A stretch of DNA of 64,000 nt from Candidatus Blackallbacteria bacterium (lineage in GTDB: Bacteria; Cyanobacteriota; Sericytochromatia; UBA7694): NCBI GenBank assembly GCA_051715345.1, contig JBPXJQ010000029.1, positions 37,240 to 101,239 on the forward strand, in the 5' to 3' direction. The notes beneath the pieces were generated by a model that was not told where the DNA came from, made no database searches, and worked only from the letters and a program-made list of their open reading frames with translations. A program made the position numbers and the translations under genes. Below, piece by piece: positions 17,945 through 26,551 of this stretch. Positions within the stretch are counted from its first letter, which is position 1, and every line of letters starts with the position of its first letter.

Positions 17945-19818
17945 CCAGTGCGCTCCAAGGGAATTCGGCTTCCCTGCAGCAAAGCTTGAAAAAATTCGCG
18001 CAGATTGTAGTGCAAAAAGAGTTCTGTCGGGGATTTATGCCCCATCGGGGGTGGGCCTGCGATCAGCTGTTTATAAAACAATTCTTCAAAAATCGAATGG
18101 CTCAGGCCAATTGCTTCGTTAAGTAATTCCAGCGGGAAATCCGCCTGAACCTCTTCGAGATAGGTTCTGAGCAGACTGTGGGCTTCGCGGTAAAAAACGA
18201 CTATTTTGTTTTCTTGGCTCAGCCGCAATTGCAGGGCGATATCTGGCGCGAGATGAGCCCCATCTTTGATTGAATAGAGCAGTGGGTTTTCGTCTTGGCG
18301 GACATACCCGTCTTGCAATTTGTGGGCTGTGATAATCAATGCCTTTTGCAAGGCATCTAAAAGCGGCAACTCTTTGAGGTGCTCAGGAGACATAAAACGC
18401 TCAATTAAACTGCGGTAAGACAGGCCTGTCTGCTGGTGAATTAAAAGCAGGGGCAACTGTAACATTTTGTGGGTATAGACCAAAAAATTGGTGGTCCAGG
18501 CGTAGGCGTGCATTTTGACCCAATCCGCGCGCGAAAGCGTTTTGGTTGCGACAATAATTTCGAGGTATTCATAGATGCCATCGGGCGGCTCTCCGTGGCC
18601 TGGAAAGTGAATTTGGATGCTCTCGAGGCCATAGCGTTCTCGGTAGGCAGGTTGGGCCATCTCAGCATTGGGTAAGATGCTGGCGTTATAACAGATGATT
18701 TTGTTGAATTGCCCGTGGTTCAGCACATCATCGATGGTATTGGCAAAGGAGTCGTAGGTCTCTTCGGGCAGGCCCAGAATAATATCTGTATAGCTAAAAA
18801 TGCCATTGTCGAGGCAGAATTGTTGAATTTCGCGGTAGGCCTGCAGGGAGATGTTTTGCCGGTTGATTGCTTTGAGCACCTCTGGGTGGGTGCTTTGAAC
18901 CGCCAAAGAAGTGACGGAGTTGAGACCTGCATCGGCCAGGATTTTTTGGATTTCAAAATTGCGCTGTTTGACGTTTTTGGCGGTTTGGGTTTGCACGCAT
19001 TGGGGATAACCCGTTTTTTGGCTGACCAAAGCAAAATGCCGTGCCAGTTCAACATCTCTTTCAAAAATACCAAAATTGGCATCTGCGGAAAAAATATTGC
19101 CGACGCGGTTGGCGCCAAACCATTCAATTTCGGCTTTGAGCCGCTCCAAATCATAGCGATAAACCTTGCTCTGGGTTAAAGACCCCCAATCACAAAAACT
19201 GCACGAAAACGGACAGCCCCGATTGCTTTCCCAGGTGCCGACCCATTCTCTGTTGGGCCATTTTTCGAGCAGCGAATCAAAAATGCCACTCAAATAAGGG
19301 GAGGGTATGCTGTCGAGATCCTTGATGCGGGGCCCCGCTGGGTGGGTCTGAAATTTTCCCTGAGGATCGATATAACTGATTCCGGGTATGCTGTGCCAAT
19401 CGTTTTCGGGAAAGGCTTCCAACAGAGCCAGAAAGGTATTTTCCCCTTCACCGTGCGCGCAGACATCGATATAGGGATGGGCCCGCAAAAAAACCTCAGC
19501 CTCGTTGGGGACCTGGGGCCCCCCAAAGAGAATCAAAATCTGAGGATGGCTTAATTTGAGGGATTGTGCCAGTGCCAAGGAGCGTTTGATATTCCAGATA
19601 TAGGTGCTAAATCCAGCAATATCAACCTCTTTGAGGGCCTCTACTCCCTCTGGAATCGAGACCCTGTGGTGCACAGGCGGCAAAAATTGATAGCGTTCTG
19701 GCGCACTCGCCCAGCGTTGGGCATAGGCCTGTAAAAGTCCCACCGAATAGGGAAAATAATAGTGCTCACCGCGCTGTTCGCTGATCTGTACCAGACCGAC
19801 CCGGACGTGATCCTTCAT
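17941..19818 (-). CDS. B12-binding-domain radical SAM enzyme (class B rSAM with DUF4070-like C-terminus)
   Basis: Radical SAM cluster motif CPFSCSFCDW (CxxxCxxC), preceded by a B12-binding-like N-terminal domain. 625 aa. Confidence 0.65.
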   Translation of the reverse strand: MKDHVRVGLVQISEQRGEHYYFPYSVGLLQAYAQRWASAPERYQFLPPVHHRVSIPEGVEALKEVDIAGFSTYIWNIKRSLALAQSLKLSHPQILILFGGPQVPNEAEVFLRAHPYIDVCAHGEGENTFLALLEAFPENDWHSIPGISYIDPQGKFQTHPAGPRIKDLDSIPSPYLSGIFDSLLEKWPNREWVGTWESNRGCPFSCSFCDWGSLTQSKVYRYDLERLKAEIEWFGANRVGNIFSADANFGIFERDVELARHFALVSQKTGYPQCVQTQTAKNVKQRNFEIQKILADAGLNSVTSLAVQSTHPEVLKAINRQNISLQAYREIQQFCLDNGIFSYTDIILGLPEETYDSFANTIDDVLNHGQFNKIICYNASILPNAEMAQPAYRERYGLESIQIHFPGHGEPPDGIYEYLEIIVATKTLSRADWVKMHAYAWTTNFLVYTHKMLQLPLLLIHQQTGLSYRSLIERFMSPEHLKELPLLDALQKALIITAHKLQDGYVRQDENPLLYSIKDGAHLAPDIALQLRLSQENKIVVFYREAHSLLRTYLEEVQADFPLELLNEAIGLSHSIFEELFYKQLIAGPPPMGHKSPTELFLHYNLREFFQALLQGSRIPLERTG

Positions 19819-19908
19819 CGTATCCTGTTTTCCTGCTGATAGGAGCTTGTCTTTAGAACATCATACCACTTGAGCAAACTCACCCGAATGAACCCACCCG
19901 AATTATCC

Positions 19909-21051
19909 TCACTCAAGACTTTCGCTCTGAATCTCCAGCTCATAAGGCAGATTGACATAAGCAGCAACATCTTCCACGGCCCTGAGCAGAGCTTCGTTTT
20001 CTGACTCGGTAAGCCTTTCAAACGGGAAAATCTGGATCTGCACGTTTTTTCGCTTGATTTGACGCTTCCAAACTCCCTTCACCAGCCCATCGATTAAAAA
20101 GACGGGATGAAACACCCCGTTTTTGCCCGGAATGACTCTATGCGCAAAGTGAGGATCCAAGACGGAATCCCGATCTTGGTAGCCAATCAGGTATTCATCA
20201 AAAGCGGGCAAGAGACAGGCTTGGGGCGAAGCGACAGGCCTCATTTTGGCGGAGGGAGCAAAAAACCAATGGGTGTTGTCTGCCCAGAGCTCACAGCTCA
20301 ATTCATTTTTGATCTCAGACAGGCCTTGTTTGGCTTGGGTCAAGCTGAGACCGGTCCAACGGGCCAAATCTTGAACGGTCGCAGGTCCATGGCCCGAGAA
20401 ATAGAGGCGTGTGATCTCAGCCAAAGCCGCTTCAGATGTGAGCCTGGTTTGCGGGGGGCAAAACGATTCCAACAGGGCAAAACTGGGTTGTTTGCCGACC
20501 GGGGGGCCCTGGCAGATCAGGCCTGTTTGGGCATGATACCCAAGCAGATGATAGCCGCGCTGAGAATGCGTGGCAATACCGATTTTTTCAAAAGCGGCCA
20601 GGATTTCTGGGCGCGAGAGCCAAGCGTTCTCTGCCAATAATTCACGCAGGCAGTTGCCGGTCAGCTTGAGTATTTCCGGGCTGATTTCCAATTGCCTGAG
20701 CCGTCCGGCAGATGCCGACAAAATCCGGGGTGTCATCAAAGCCAACATCCAACTGAGGTCACTGCCAGGAACCCAATGTAAGGTGCCGCGCATCGGCCAA
20801 GAGCGAACAATCTCGCCTTTGGCAATGGCCTGATTCAGGGCTGTGCGGCGGTCTTGCCCCTGCTTGATGCTATGTTTTAAATTGAGGCGCAGGGCCAAAG
20901 CCCAGAGGGAGTTTTCATACTCTTGGGCCTGGACTGCGCCGAGGCCTGTGAGCACATCCAAGGGAGAGTCAAACTGGGCGCTTGTTTTCAGTCCCAAATT
21001 GTGCAAACGCAGTTCCAGGGCCCAGCTGGGCATGTCCGTGCGGGCCTTCAT
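19909..21051 (-). CDS. Winged-helix YcaQ/AlkZ-family (HTH_42) DNA glycosylase-like protein
   Basis: N-terminal LGAVQAQEY carries the Q-hydrophobic-Q catalytic motif of the AlkZ/YcaQ family. Length about 380 aa. Start overlaps the upstream stop by 4 nt (ATGA). Confidence 0.5.
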   Translation of the reverse strand: MKARTDMPSWALELRLHNLGLKTSAQFDSPLDVLTGLGAVQAQEYENSLWALALRLNLKHSIKQGQDRRTALNQAIAKGEIVRSWPMRGTLHWVPGSDLSWMLALMTPRILSASAGRLRQLEISPEILKLTGNCLRELLAENAWLSRPEILAAFEKIGIATHSQRGYHLLGYHAQTGLICQGPPVGKQPSFALLESFCPPQTRLTSEAALAEITRLYFSGHGPATVQDLARWTGLSLTQAKQGLSEIKNELSCELWADNTHWFFAPSAKMRPVASPQACLLPAFDEYLIGYQDRDSVLDPHFAHRVIPGKNGVFHPVFLIDGLVKGVWKRQIKRKNVQIQIFPFERLTESENEALLRAVEDVAAYVNLPYELEIQSESLE

Positions 21052-21623
21052 TTTTGCAAGGCCTTTTCAATTCGCCGGTCGGGCACGAGCCAGATCAAGG
21101 CCACCAGGGCATACAGGGCCCAGGCCAGCCAGGTCTGTACAAAAGCCAGGCCGATGGCCAAGGCATACAAAAGTGGCGAAATCTTGCCTTTCATATCGTC
21201 TCCCAAGGCCCGTTTAAGCAGAGATTGTGAGCCCTGACTGCGAATGATCGCGCCTTGCAAGAGAAAATAGGCAATGGCTGCCAACAGCAGTACACCGCCA
21301 TAGAGGGCGGTTGGCAGAGGGGCAAAGGGGTTTTCCCCCATCCAATGGGTCACAAACGGCACCAAAGAAAGCCAAAAGAGCAGGTGTAAATTGGCCCACA
21401 ACATGCTGCCCGTGACATGTTCAGTGACATGCAACATGTGGTGGTGGTTGTTCCAGTAAATGCCCAAATAAATGTAGCTGAGCACATAACTCAAAAAAAC
21501 GGGAATCATGGGCTGAAGTGTGTTTAAGTCAACACCGTGGGGAACCTTTAGCTCCAATACCATAATGGTAATTAAGATCGCGATTACACCATCGCTGAAA
21601 GCTTCTAAACGGCTGGTTTTCAT
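21048..21623 (-). CDS. TMEM175/DUF1211-family membrane protein, putative K+ channel
   Basis: Signature RLEAFSDGVIAILITIMVLEL at the N-terminus. Start placed at the ATG of MKTSRLEAF (21621-21623) with an AAAGGA RBS upstream, rather than at ORF start 21725. Confidence 0.6.
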   Translation of the reverse strand: MKTSRLEAFSDGVIAILITIMVLELKVPHGVDLNTLQPMIPVFLSYVLSYIYLGIYWNNHHHMLHVTEHVTGSMLWANLHLLFWLSLVPFVTHWMGENPFAPLPTALYGGVLLLAAIAYFLLQGAIIRSQGSQSLLKRALGDDMKGKISPLLYALAIGLAFVQTWLAWALYALVALIWLVPDRRIEKALQK

Positions 21624-21666
21624 GGCAGGGATCCTTTGCAATTCTGTATTATAACAGCCTGAATAA

Positions 21667-21692
21667 TAGACAGTCTGCTTTGATAGACAGTA
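21667..21692. promoter_or_regulatory. Two copies of ATAGACAGT spaced 17 bp apart, in the divergent TMEM175/NAD-kinase intergenic region
   Basis: Direct repeats at 21667-21675 and 21684-21692. Possible response-regulator-type operator. Confidence 0.25.
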
Positions 21693-21873
21693 TTCTGGGC
21701 TGTGAGAGGCATTCTCGTAGCCCAAGTCTGGCTGTGGCTGGATCAGGTATGTTATGATTTGGTACGTTGATCACACCTTGCCCGTATCAATCCCGTATCA
21801 ATCTTGGTGCCAAAACGGGCCACACAGACCCTTAAACATAATAGGACAAAGAAGCAGGAGAATCCAACGCGCC

Positions 21874-22740
21874 ATGGCCGTTCCCGCGATTGGGATCATT
21901 TACAATCTCTACAAAACCTACCGCTGCGACACCCAGCATATTGCCCAGGAAGTGGCCCAGTGGTTGTCTGCACGTGGCGAAAATGTCTATGTCTTTGCCT
22001 CTCATTATGATTCCAATGAGGCCTTTGAAAAGGATACCAGCGACGTTCGCCTAAAAATGGCTTTGGTGCTCGGCGGTGATGGGACCGTTCTTTACGCTGC
22101 CCGTCTCTTGGCCCCACACGGGGTGCCCCTTTTGTGCGTCAATGCGGGCTCACTCGGATTTATTTCCGAAACGGCTCTCGAAGATCTCTATCCTGCCCTT
22201 GAAAAACTCTTGGCAGGCGAATATGTGATTCAAGAGCGCTCAATGATGCAAATTGAGGTGCTCGACGAAAATTACCAACCGCGCCTGGTCTTTCATGCCC
22301 TCAATGATGCCGCAATCATGCGCCACCCCCTTTCGTACATTATCGAACTGGCCACCTATGTCGATGGCGAATTTGTCACGACCTACCGCGCCGATGGTCT
22401 GATTATTGCCTCCGCTACGGGTTCGACGGCCTATTCCCTTAGCTCCGGTGGGCCGATCATGTTGCCCGATGTCTCGGCGTATATTATCAATCCGATTTGT
22501 CCACACGCCTTGTTTAACCGCTCGGTTGTGATTCCCGAGTGGAAAGAGACCACCGTCAAGGTCCTGCTGCGTGAGCCCACCCAAGAGGTGCTGATCACCA
22601 TCGACGGGCAGGCCCATTTGGCTTTGCACCACCGCGATATTGTCAAAATCAGCCGCTCCTTTTACAAAACCCGCTTGGTCAAGTTTCAGAAAAACGACTT
22701 TTTCCACATTATGCGCCAGAAGCTTTTCTTGGGGCGCTAA
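21874..22740 (+). CDS. nadK: NAD kinase
   Basis: GGDGTVLYAARL motif and NAD-kinase architecture. ATG 21874 follows an AGGAG RBS. The longer ORF from 21754 is rejected. Confidence 0.8.
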   Translation: MAVPAIGIIYNLYKTYRCDTQHIAQEVAQWLSARGENVYVFASHYDSNEAFEKDTSDVRLKMALVLGGDGTVLYAARLLAPHGVPLLCVNAGSLGFISETALEDLYPALEKLLAGEYVIQERSMMQIEVLDENYQPRLVFHALNDAAIMRHPLSYIIELATYVDGEFVTTYRADGLIIASATGSTAYSLSSGGPIMLPDVSAYIINPICPHALFNRSVVIPEWKETTVKVLLREPTQEVLITIDGQAHLALHHRDIVKISRSFYKTRLVKFQKNDFFHIMRQKLFLGR

Positions 22741-22753
22741 GCCCACTAATTTT

Positions 22754-22803
22754 CAAAAAACACAAAGCGCCCCAGCATTGCTTTTGGGGCGCTTTGTGTT
22801 TTG
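22754..22803. terminator. Bidirectional intrinsic terminator between nadK (+) and the DUF2892 gene (-)
   Basis: Perfect 14-bp stem ACACAAAGCGCCCC / GGGGCGCTTTGTGT with a 12-nt loop, flanked by an A-run upstream and a T-run downstream. Confidence 0.7.
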
Positions 22804-22810
22804 AACCGTG

Positions 22811-23005
22811 CTAGACTTTTTTCTCAATCGGACAGGTGCTCATGCCAAAGAGTTGGTAGAGTGGGCACCAGCCCGCCACAGCTGTTCCGAGTGGCACCAG
22901 GGCCAGCAGGCCCAGCCAAGAACCTGTCATCATGCCATAGCCTGCCAAGGTGGCGGCCAAGACAAAGCGTATTCCCCGATCGATCGTTCCTTCATTGACT
23001 TTCAT
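22811..23005 (-). CDS. DUF2892 (YgaP-like) small membrane protein
   Basis: Two transmembrane helices and the conserved ...GWCPLYQLFGMSTC tail. Confidence 0.55.
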   Translation of the reverse strand: MKVNEGTIDRGIRFVLAATLAGYGMMTGSWLGLLALVPLGTAVAGWCPLYQLFGMSTCPIEKKV

Positions 23006-23076
23006 GCTGTGTTACCTCTTAAACATTGTTATATTTATAGAATACCCCCTACTGTATTTTTGTTCAGTAACTTTAG

Positions 23077-23706
23077 TTACCCAAGCCAAATTATTTTTCC
23101 CCGGCCCAATTCGACCCGCTTTTCTTGTTCTAATTTTTTCAGCAGACGCGAAACCACTTCTCGGGCCGTGCCCAATTCATCTGCCAATTGCTGGTGAGTG
23201 GCTTGAATCAAAGAGCCGCCAGCCAGTTTGGCCCGGGTTTGCAGCAAATCCAACAGGCGTTCATCCACCCGACTGAAGGCCAATTCGTTGACCACCTGTA
23301 CCAATTCTTCAAAGCGAATGGTGTACAGCTCCAGCACAAATTGGTTCCAACTGGCATGGTTTTGGGCCCACAATTTTAAACAATGACTGGGAAAGACCCA
23401 AACCTCTGTGTCCGCCTGGGCAATGGCCCGAATTTGGCTGCGTTGGGCCTTGGTGCCTGCCAAAATGGAGAGCACACAAGATTCCCCTGGCTGGATATAA
23501 TAGAGCAAAATTTCTTTGCCAGAGGGGTCGTCACGCAAAACCCGGATACTGCCTTTGAGGACCAAAGGAATCAGACTGACTTCGCTGCCCGGTCCCAAAA
23601 TTTCCTGTTCCTGTGCAAAGCTCAGGGTGCGCCCTTCGCTGATTAAGGCCAAGATTAATTCTGGGCTAAAGGCACTGAATCGTGCTTTGAGTAGGTCTCG
23701 GTTCAT
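23077..23706 (-). CDS. Crp/Fnr-family transcriptional regulator
   Basis: N-terminal cNMP-binding beta-roll and C-terminal HTH (REVVSRLLKKLEQEKRVELGRGKI). Confidence 0.7.
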   Translation of the reverse strand: MNRDLLKARFSAFSPELILALISEGRTLSFAQEQEILGPGSEVSLIPLVLKGSIRVLRDDPSGKEILLYYIQPGESCVLSILAGTKAQRSQIRAIAQADTEVWVFPSHCLKLWAQNHASWNQFVLELYTIRFEELVQVVNELAFSRVDERLLDLLQTRAKLAGGSLIQATHQQLADELGTAREVVSRLLKKLEQEKRVELGRGKIIWLG

Positions 23707-23894
23707 ATTTATCTCCTGATCAAGAGGGCTGGGGCTGGATCTTCACGCTAACACAGATCTTAAGTCCTTTCCAATCTCAAGTCATTTTCAAAAGCGCCAG
23801 GGCAAAACCAACACGGGGTGGAATAACTTGCATATTCACTGGGCTCAGACAAGCTGTGCTAGCATGTATGCAGCGATCTTTCAAGGAGCAGGCC

Positions 23895-25325
23895 ATGACC
23901 CACACAGAACCCTCAGAACCCATTTCTTTTCAGGCACATAAACAGGAAAAATGGCTGGAGCGCTTTCAACAGGCTTCTCCCAAGGGCCGGTATGAACTCC
24001 TGATCGCCACCCTCAACGAGCCCGTTTTGGCATTGGAGCCCGATGTGCTCAGCTACGCTGTTGCCAGTGTGAGTCAGATCTTGGGCCATAACAATCTTCT
24101 GGCCGAGCAAAAAGCCTTAACAGCCTTGCTGGAAGCCAAAGCCCCCGCTTCGTATGCCCAAATTCGTGGGATTCAAGCTTTGATCGACCTTCAAGAGGCG
24201 CTTTTTCTCAAACAACCCGAAAAATTTGAGACGTTGTTTGCGGTTTGGCTCGATCCCCAGTTGGAAGTACCTCCCCCTTATACCTTGATTCTCAAAAGCC
24301 TGGCGTATTATGGTTATCCCAAAGCTGCCGCCGAACTCGCGGATAAATTGGCGAAAAAATTGGGCAAAAAAGCGCTCGAAGAAGATGATTTACTCGACTT
24401 TTCTTTGGAGCAGCACCGCATTCATTACCTCTTTGAACAAATTACCCATGCTCTGCAAGAAGGCGTAGATCCGCCTTGGAAACCCTTCGAAAGTGGTTTG
24501 CGCGATTTGGGCATCAAAACCAAACAAGAACAGGCTTTTTTCCGCGAGCAATGGGAATCTTCAGATAAAGTCCAGTTCAACCGCCTGAGAACGGCACTTG
24601 CCGATGGAGATCCTGAGTTGGGTCTCTTTCACAGCCGTTTAATTTTTAGTCGCTGGATGTACAAACAACATCGACTCAACCTGTTTACAGGGGGAGACAT
24701 GGTTCAACATGCCCTCGAAATGTGGTTAACGGACGCACCGGATCCCCTGCCCTCTTTAGAAAAACTGGTTCAAATTGATGAAGCCCGTCTGCATGCCTAT
24801 TTTGAACGGCTGGAATTTGACCCCAATTGGGATTTACTCGACGCCTTCACCCTGCTCTGGGGCCTGCCCCATGTCTATGACTGGCTGGTAGAATGTGGCC
24901 TGTGTAAACCGGCCTTGCGTGGCCAGGTCATGAATTGGGTTGAAAAACTGCGTCCGATCTTAATTGAACAGCGCAGCAATGCACTTTGGGGCTATGATTT
25001 TGTGCATCGCTGGCCCTGCCCGCTCGGGCGTGAAGCCGCTGAATTTCAAGCGGAGGCAGAGATCTTTGCGCAAACCCTGAACCAATCCAGCCCTTTGAGT
25101 GACAATCCCGAAGACAGCCGCCATTTTGACGAAGATTTCCCTGATATCCCCGATGAGTTGGTGGATTCAGTCGGTGCCATGTTAGAAGACCAGGGCATTG
25201 AGGTGCTCGATGGCCTGCTCAAAGAAATCGAGGAGCAGATGGGCCATGAAGCTGTCGGGGCACTGCTGGCCGCTTTGGAAGCGCAAGGATATCTCGAGTT
25301 GGAATACGAAGGCGACGAAGAATAG
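23895..25325 (+). CDS. Hypothetical protein with an acidic C-terminus
   Basis: Start moved to ATG 23895 (MTHTEP) preceded by an AGGAG RBS. No motif recognised. Confidence 0.45.
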   Translation: MTHTEPSEPISFQAHKQEKWLERFQQASPKGRYELLIATLNEPVLALEPDVLSYAVASVSQILGHNNLLAEQKALTALLEAKAPASYAQIRGIQALIDLQEALFLKQPEKFETLFAVWLDPQLEVPPPYTLILKSLAYYGYPKAAAELADKLAKKLGKKALEEDDLLDFSLEQHRIHYLFEQITHALQEGVDPPWKPFESGLRDLGIKTKQEQAFFREQWESSDKVQFNRLRTALADGDPELGLFHSRLIFSRWMYKQHRLNLFTGGDMVQHALEMWLTDAPDPLPSLEKLVQIDEARLHAYFERLEFDPNWDLLDAFTLLWGLPHVYDWLVECGLCKPALRGQVMNWVEKLRPILIEQRSNALWGYDFVHRWPCPLGREAAEFQAEAEIFAQTLNQSSPLSDNPEDSRHFDEDFPDIPDELVDSVGAMLEDQGIEVLDGLLKEIEEQMGHEAVGALLAALEAQGYLELEYEGDEE

Positions 25326-25334
25326 GCTGACGCT

Positions 25335-26513
25335 TTGACACAGATCTGGGATGTCATCGTAATTGGCGCCGGGGCCGCAGGCTTGATGTGCGCCCTGACT
25401 GCTGGTAAACGGGGCAAAAAGGTCTTGGTTTTGGAGCACCAAGCCAAGCCCGGGCGCAAAATTTTGATCTCGGGTGGGGGGCGTTGCAATTTTACCAATC
25501 TCTATGCAGGGCCCGAAAATTACCTGTCGCAAAACCCCCATTTTTGCAAATCTGCCCTGGCCCGGTTTACCCCGGGTGATTTCATTGAAATGGTTGAAGC
25601 CCATGGCATTCCCTACCACGAAAAAAAACTGGGGCAACTTTTTTGTGATCGCTCGGCCCAAGACATTTTGGATTTGCTGCTCAATGAATGCACGGAAGCC
25701 GGTGTCAAACTGTATACAGGTGTCCGTGTGCAGCGCATCCGCAAAGCTGAGTCAGAATTTGTGCTCGATACCCCCGATCAGACGTTTCTATCTCGGGCCT
25801 TGGTGCTGGCCACTGGTGGGCTCTCGATTCCCAAAATGGGGGCCACAGATTTTGGCTACCGCATCGCCAAACAATTTGGTCATCAACGGGTAGAGACCCA
25901 ACCAGGATTGGTCCCGCTGACTTTCTCACAAGCCCAATCGGCCCTGGTTGAATTGCGTGGGCTGGCCCTTGATACAGAGGTCAGTTTGCCCACTGCGCGC
26001 TTTCGCGAAAACACACTCTTTGCCCATTTTGGCCTGAGTGGCCCCGCCATTTTGCAGATTTCTTCTTTTTGGCAGCCGGGCCAGGCCCTGAAGATCAATT
26101 TTTTACCTGATTTAAATCTGGCCCAAACCCTTTTGGCTTGGCAAAAAGAAAAGCGCCAAGCCCAAATTACCACCCTCTTGGATGAATTTTTGCCCAAACG
26201 CTTTGTGCGGGCCTGGCAAGAGCTGTATTTTCCTGCAAAACCCCCTTTTCAACTCAGTGTCCACGAAGGTGAAAGTCTCTGTCATGCCCTACAGGCCTGG
26301 CACTTTGAACCCGCAGGCACGGCGGGATATGCCAAAGCCGAAGTCACCACAGGGGGGGTGAACACCCGCGAAGTCTCCTCCAAAACGATGGAATCGCGTC
26401 ATGTGCCGGGTTTGTACCTGATCGGCGAACTCTTAGATGTCACAGGTTGGCTGGGAGGGTATAATTTTCAATGGGCTTGGGCCTCGGGCACTGCTGCGGG
26501 TGAGGCTGTTTAA
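25335..26513 (+). CDS. BaiN/YhiN (HI0933)-family NAD(P)/FAD-dependent oxidoreductase
   Basis: DVIVIGAGAAGLMCAL Rossmann motif and ILISGGGRCNFTN, characteristic of the HI0933 family. Confidence 0.7.
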   Translation: MTQIWDVIVIGAGAAGLMCALTAGKRGKKVLVLEHQAKPGRKILISGGGRCNFTNLYAGPENYLSQNPHFCKSALARFTPGDFIEMVEAHGIPYHEKKLGQLFCDRSAQDILDLLLNECTEAGVKLYTGVRVQRIRKAESEFVLDTPDQTFLSRALVLATGGLSIPKMGATDFGYRIAKQFGHQRVETQPGLVPLTFSQAQSALVELRGLALDTEVSLPTARFRENTLFAHFGLSGPAILQISSFWQPGQALKINFLPDLNLAQTLLAWQKEKRQAQITTLLDEFLPKRFVRAWQELYFPAKPPFQLSVHEGESLCHALQAWHFEPAGTAGYAKAEVTTGGVNTREVSSKTMESRHVPGLYLIGELLDVTGWLGGYNFQWAWASGTAAGEAV

Positions 26514-26551
26514 GCGCCAACTATTGAGACCGAGTTAAAAAGGGGAATCCG

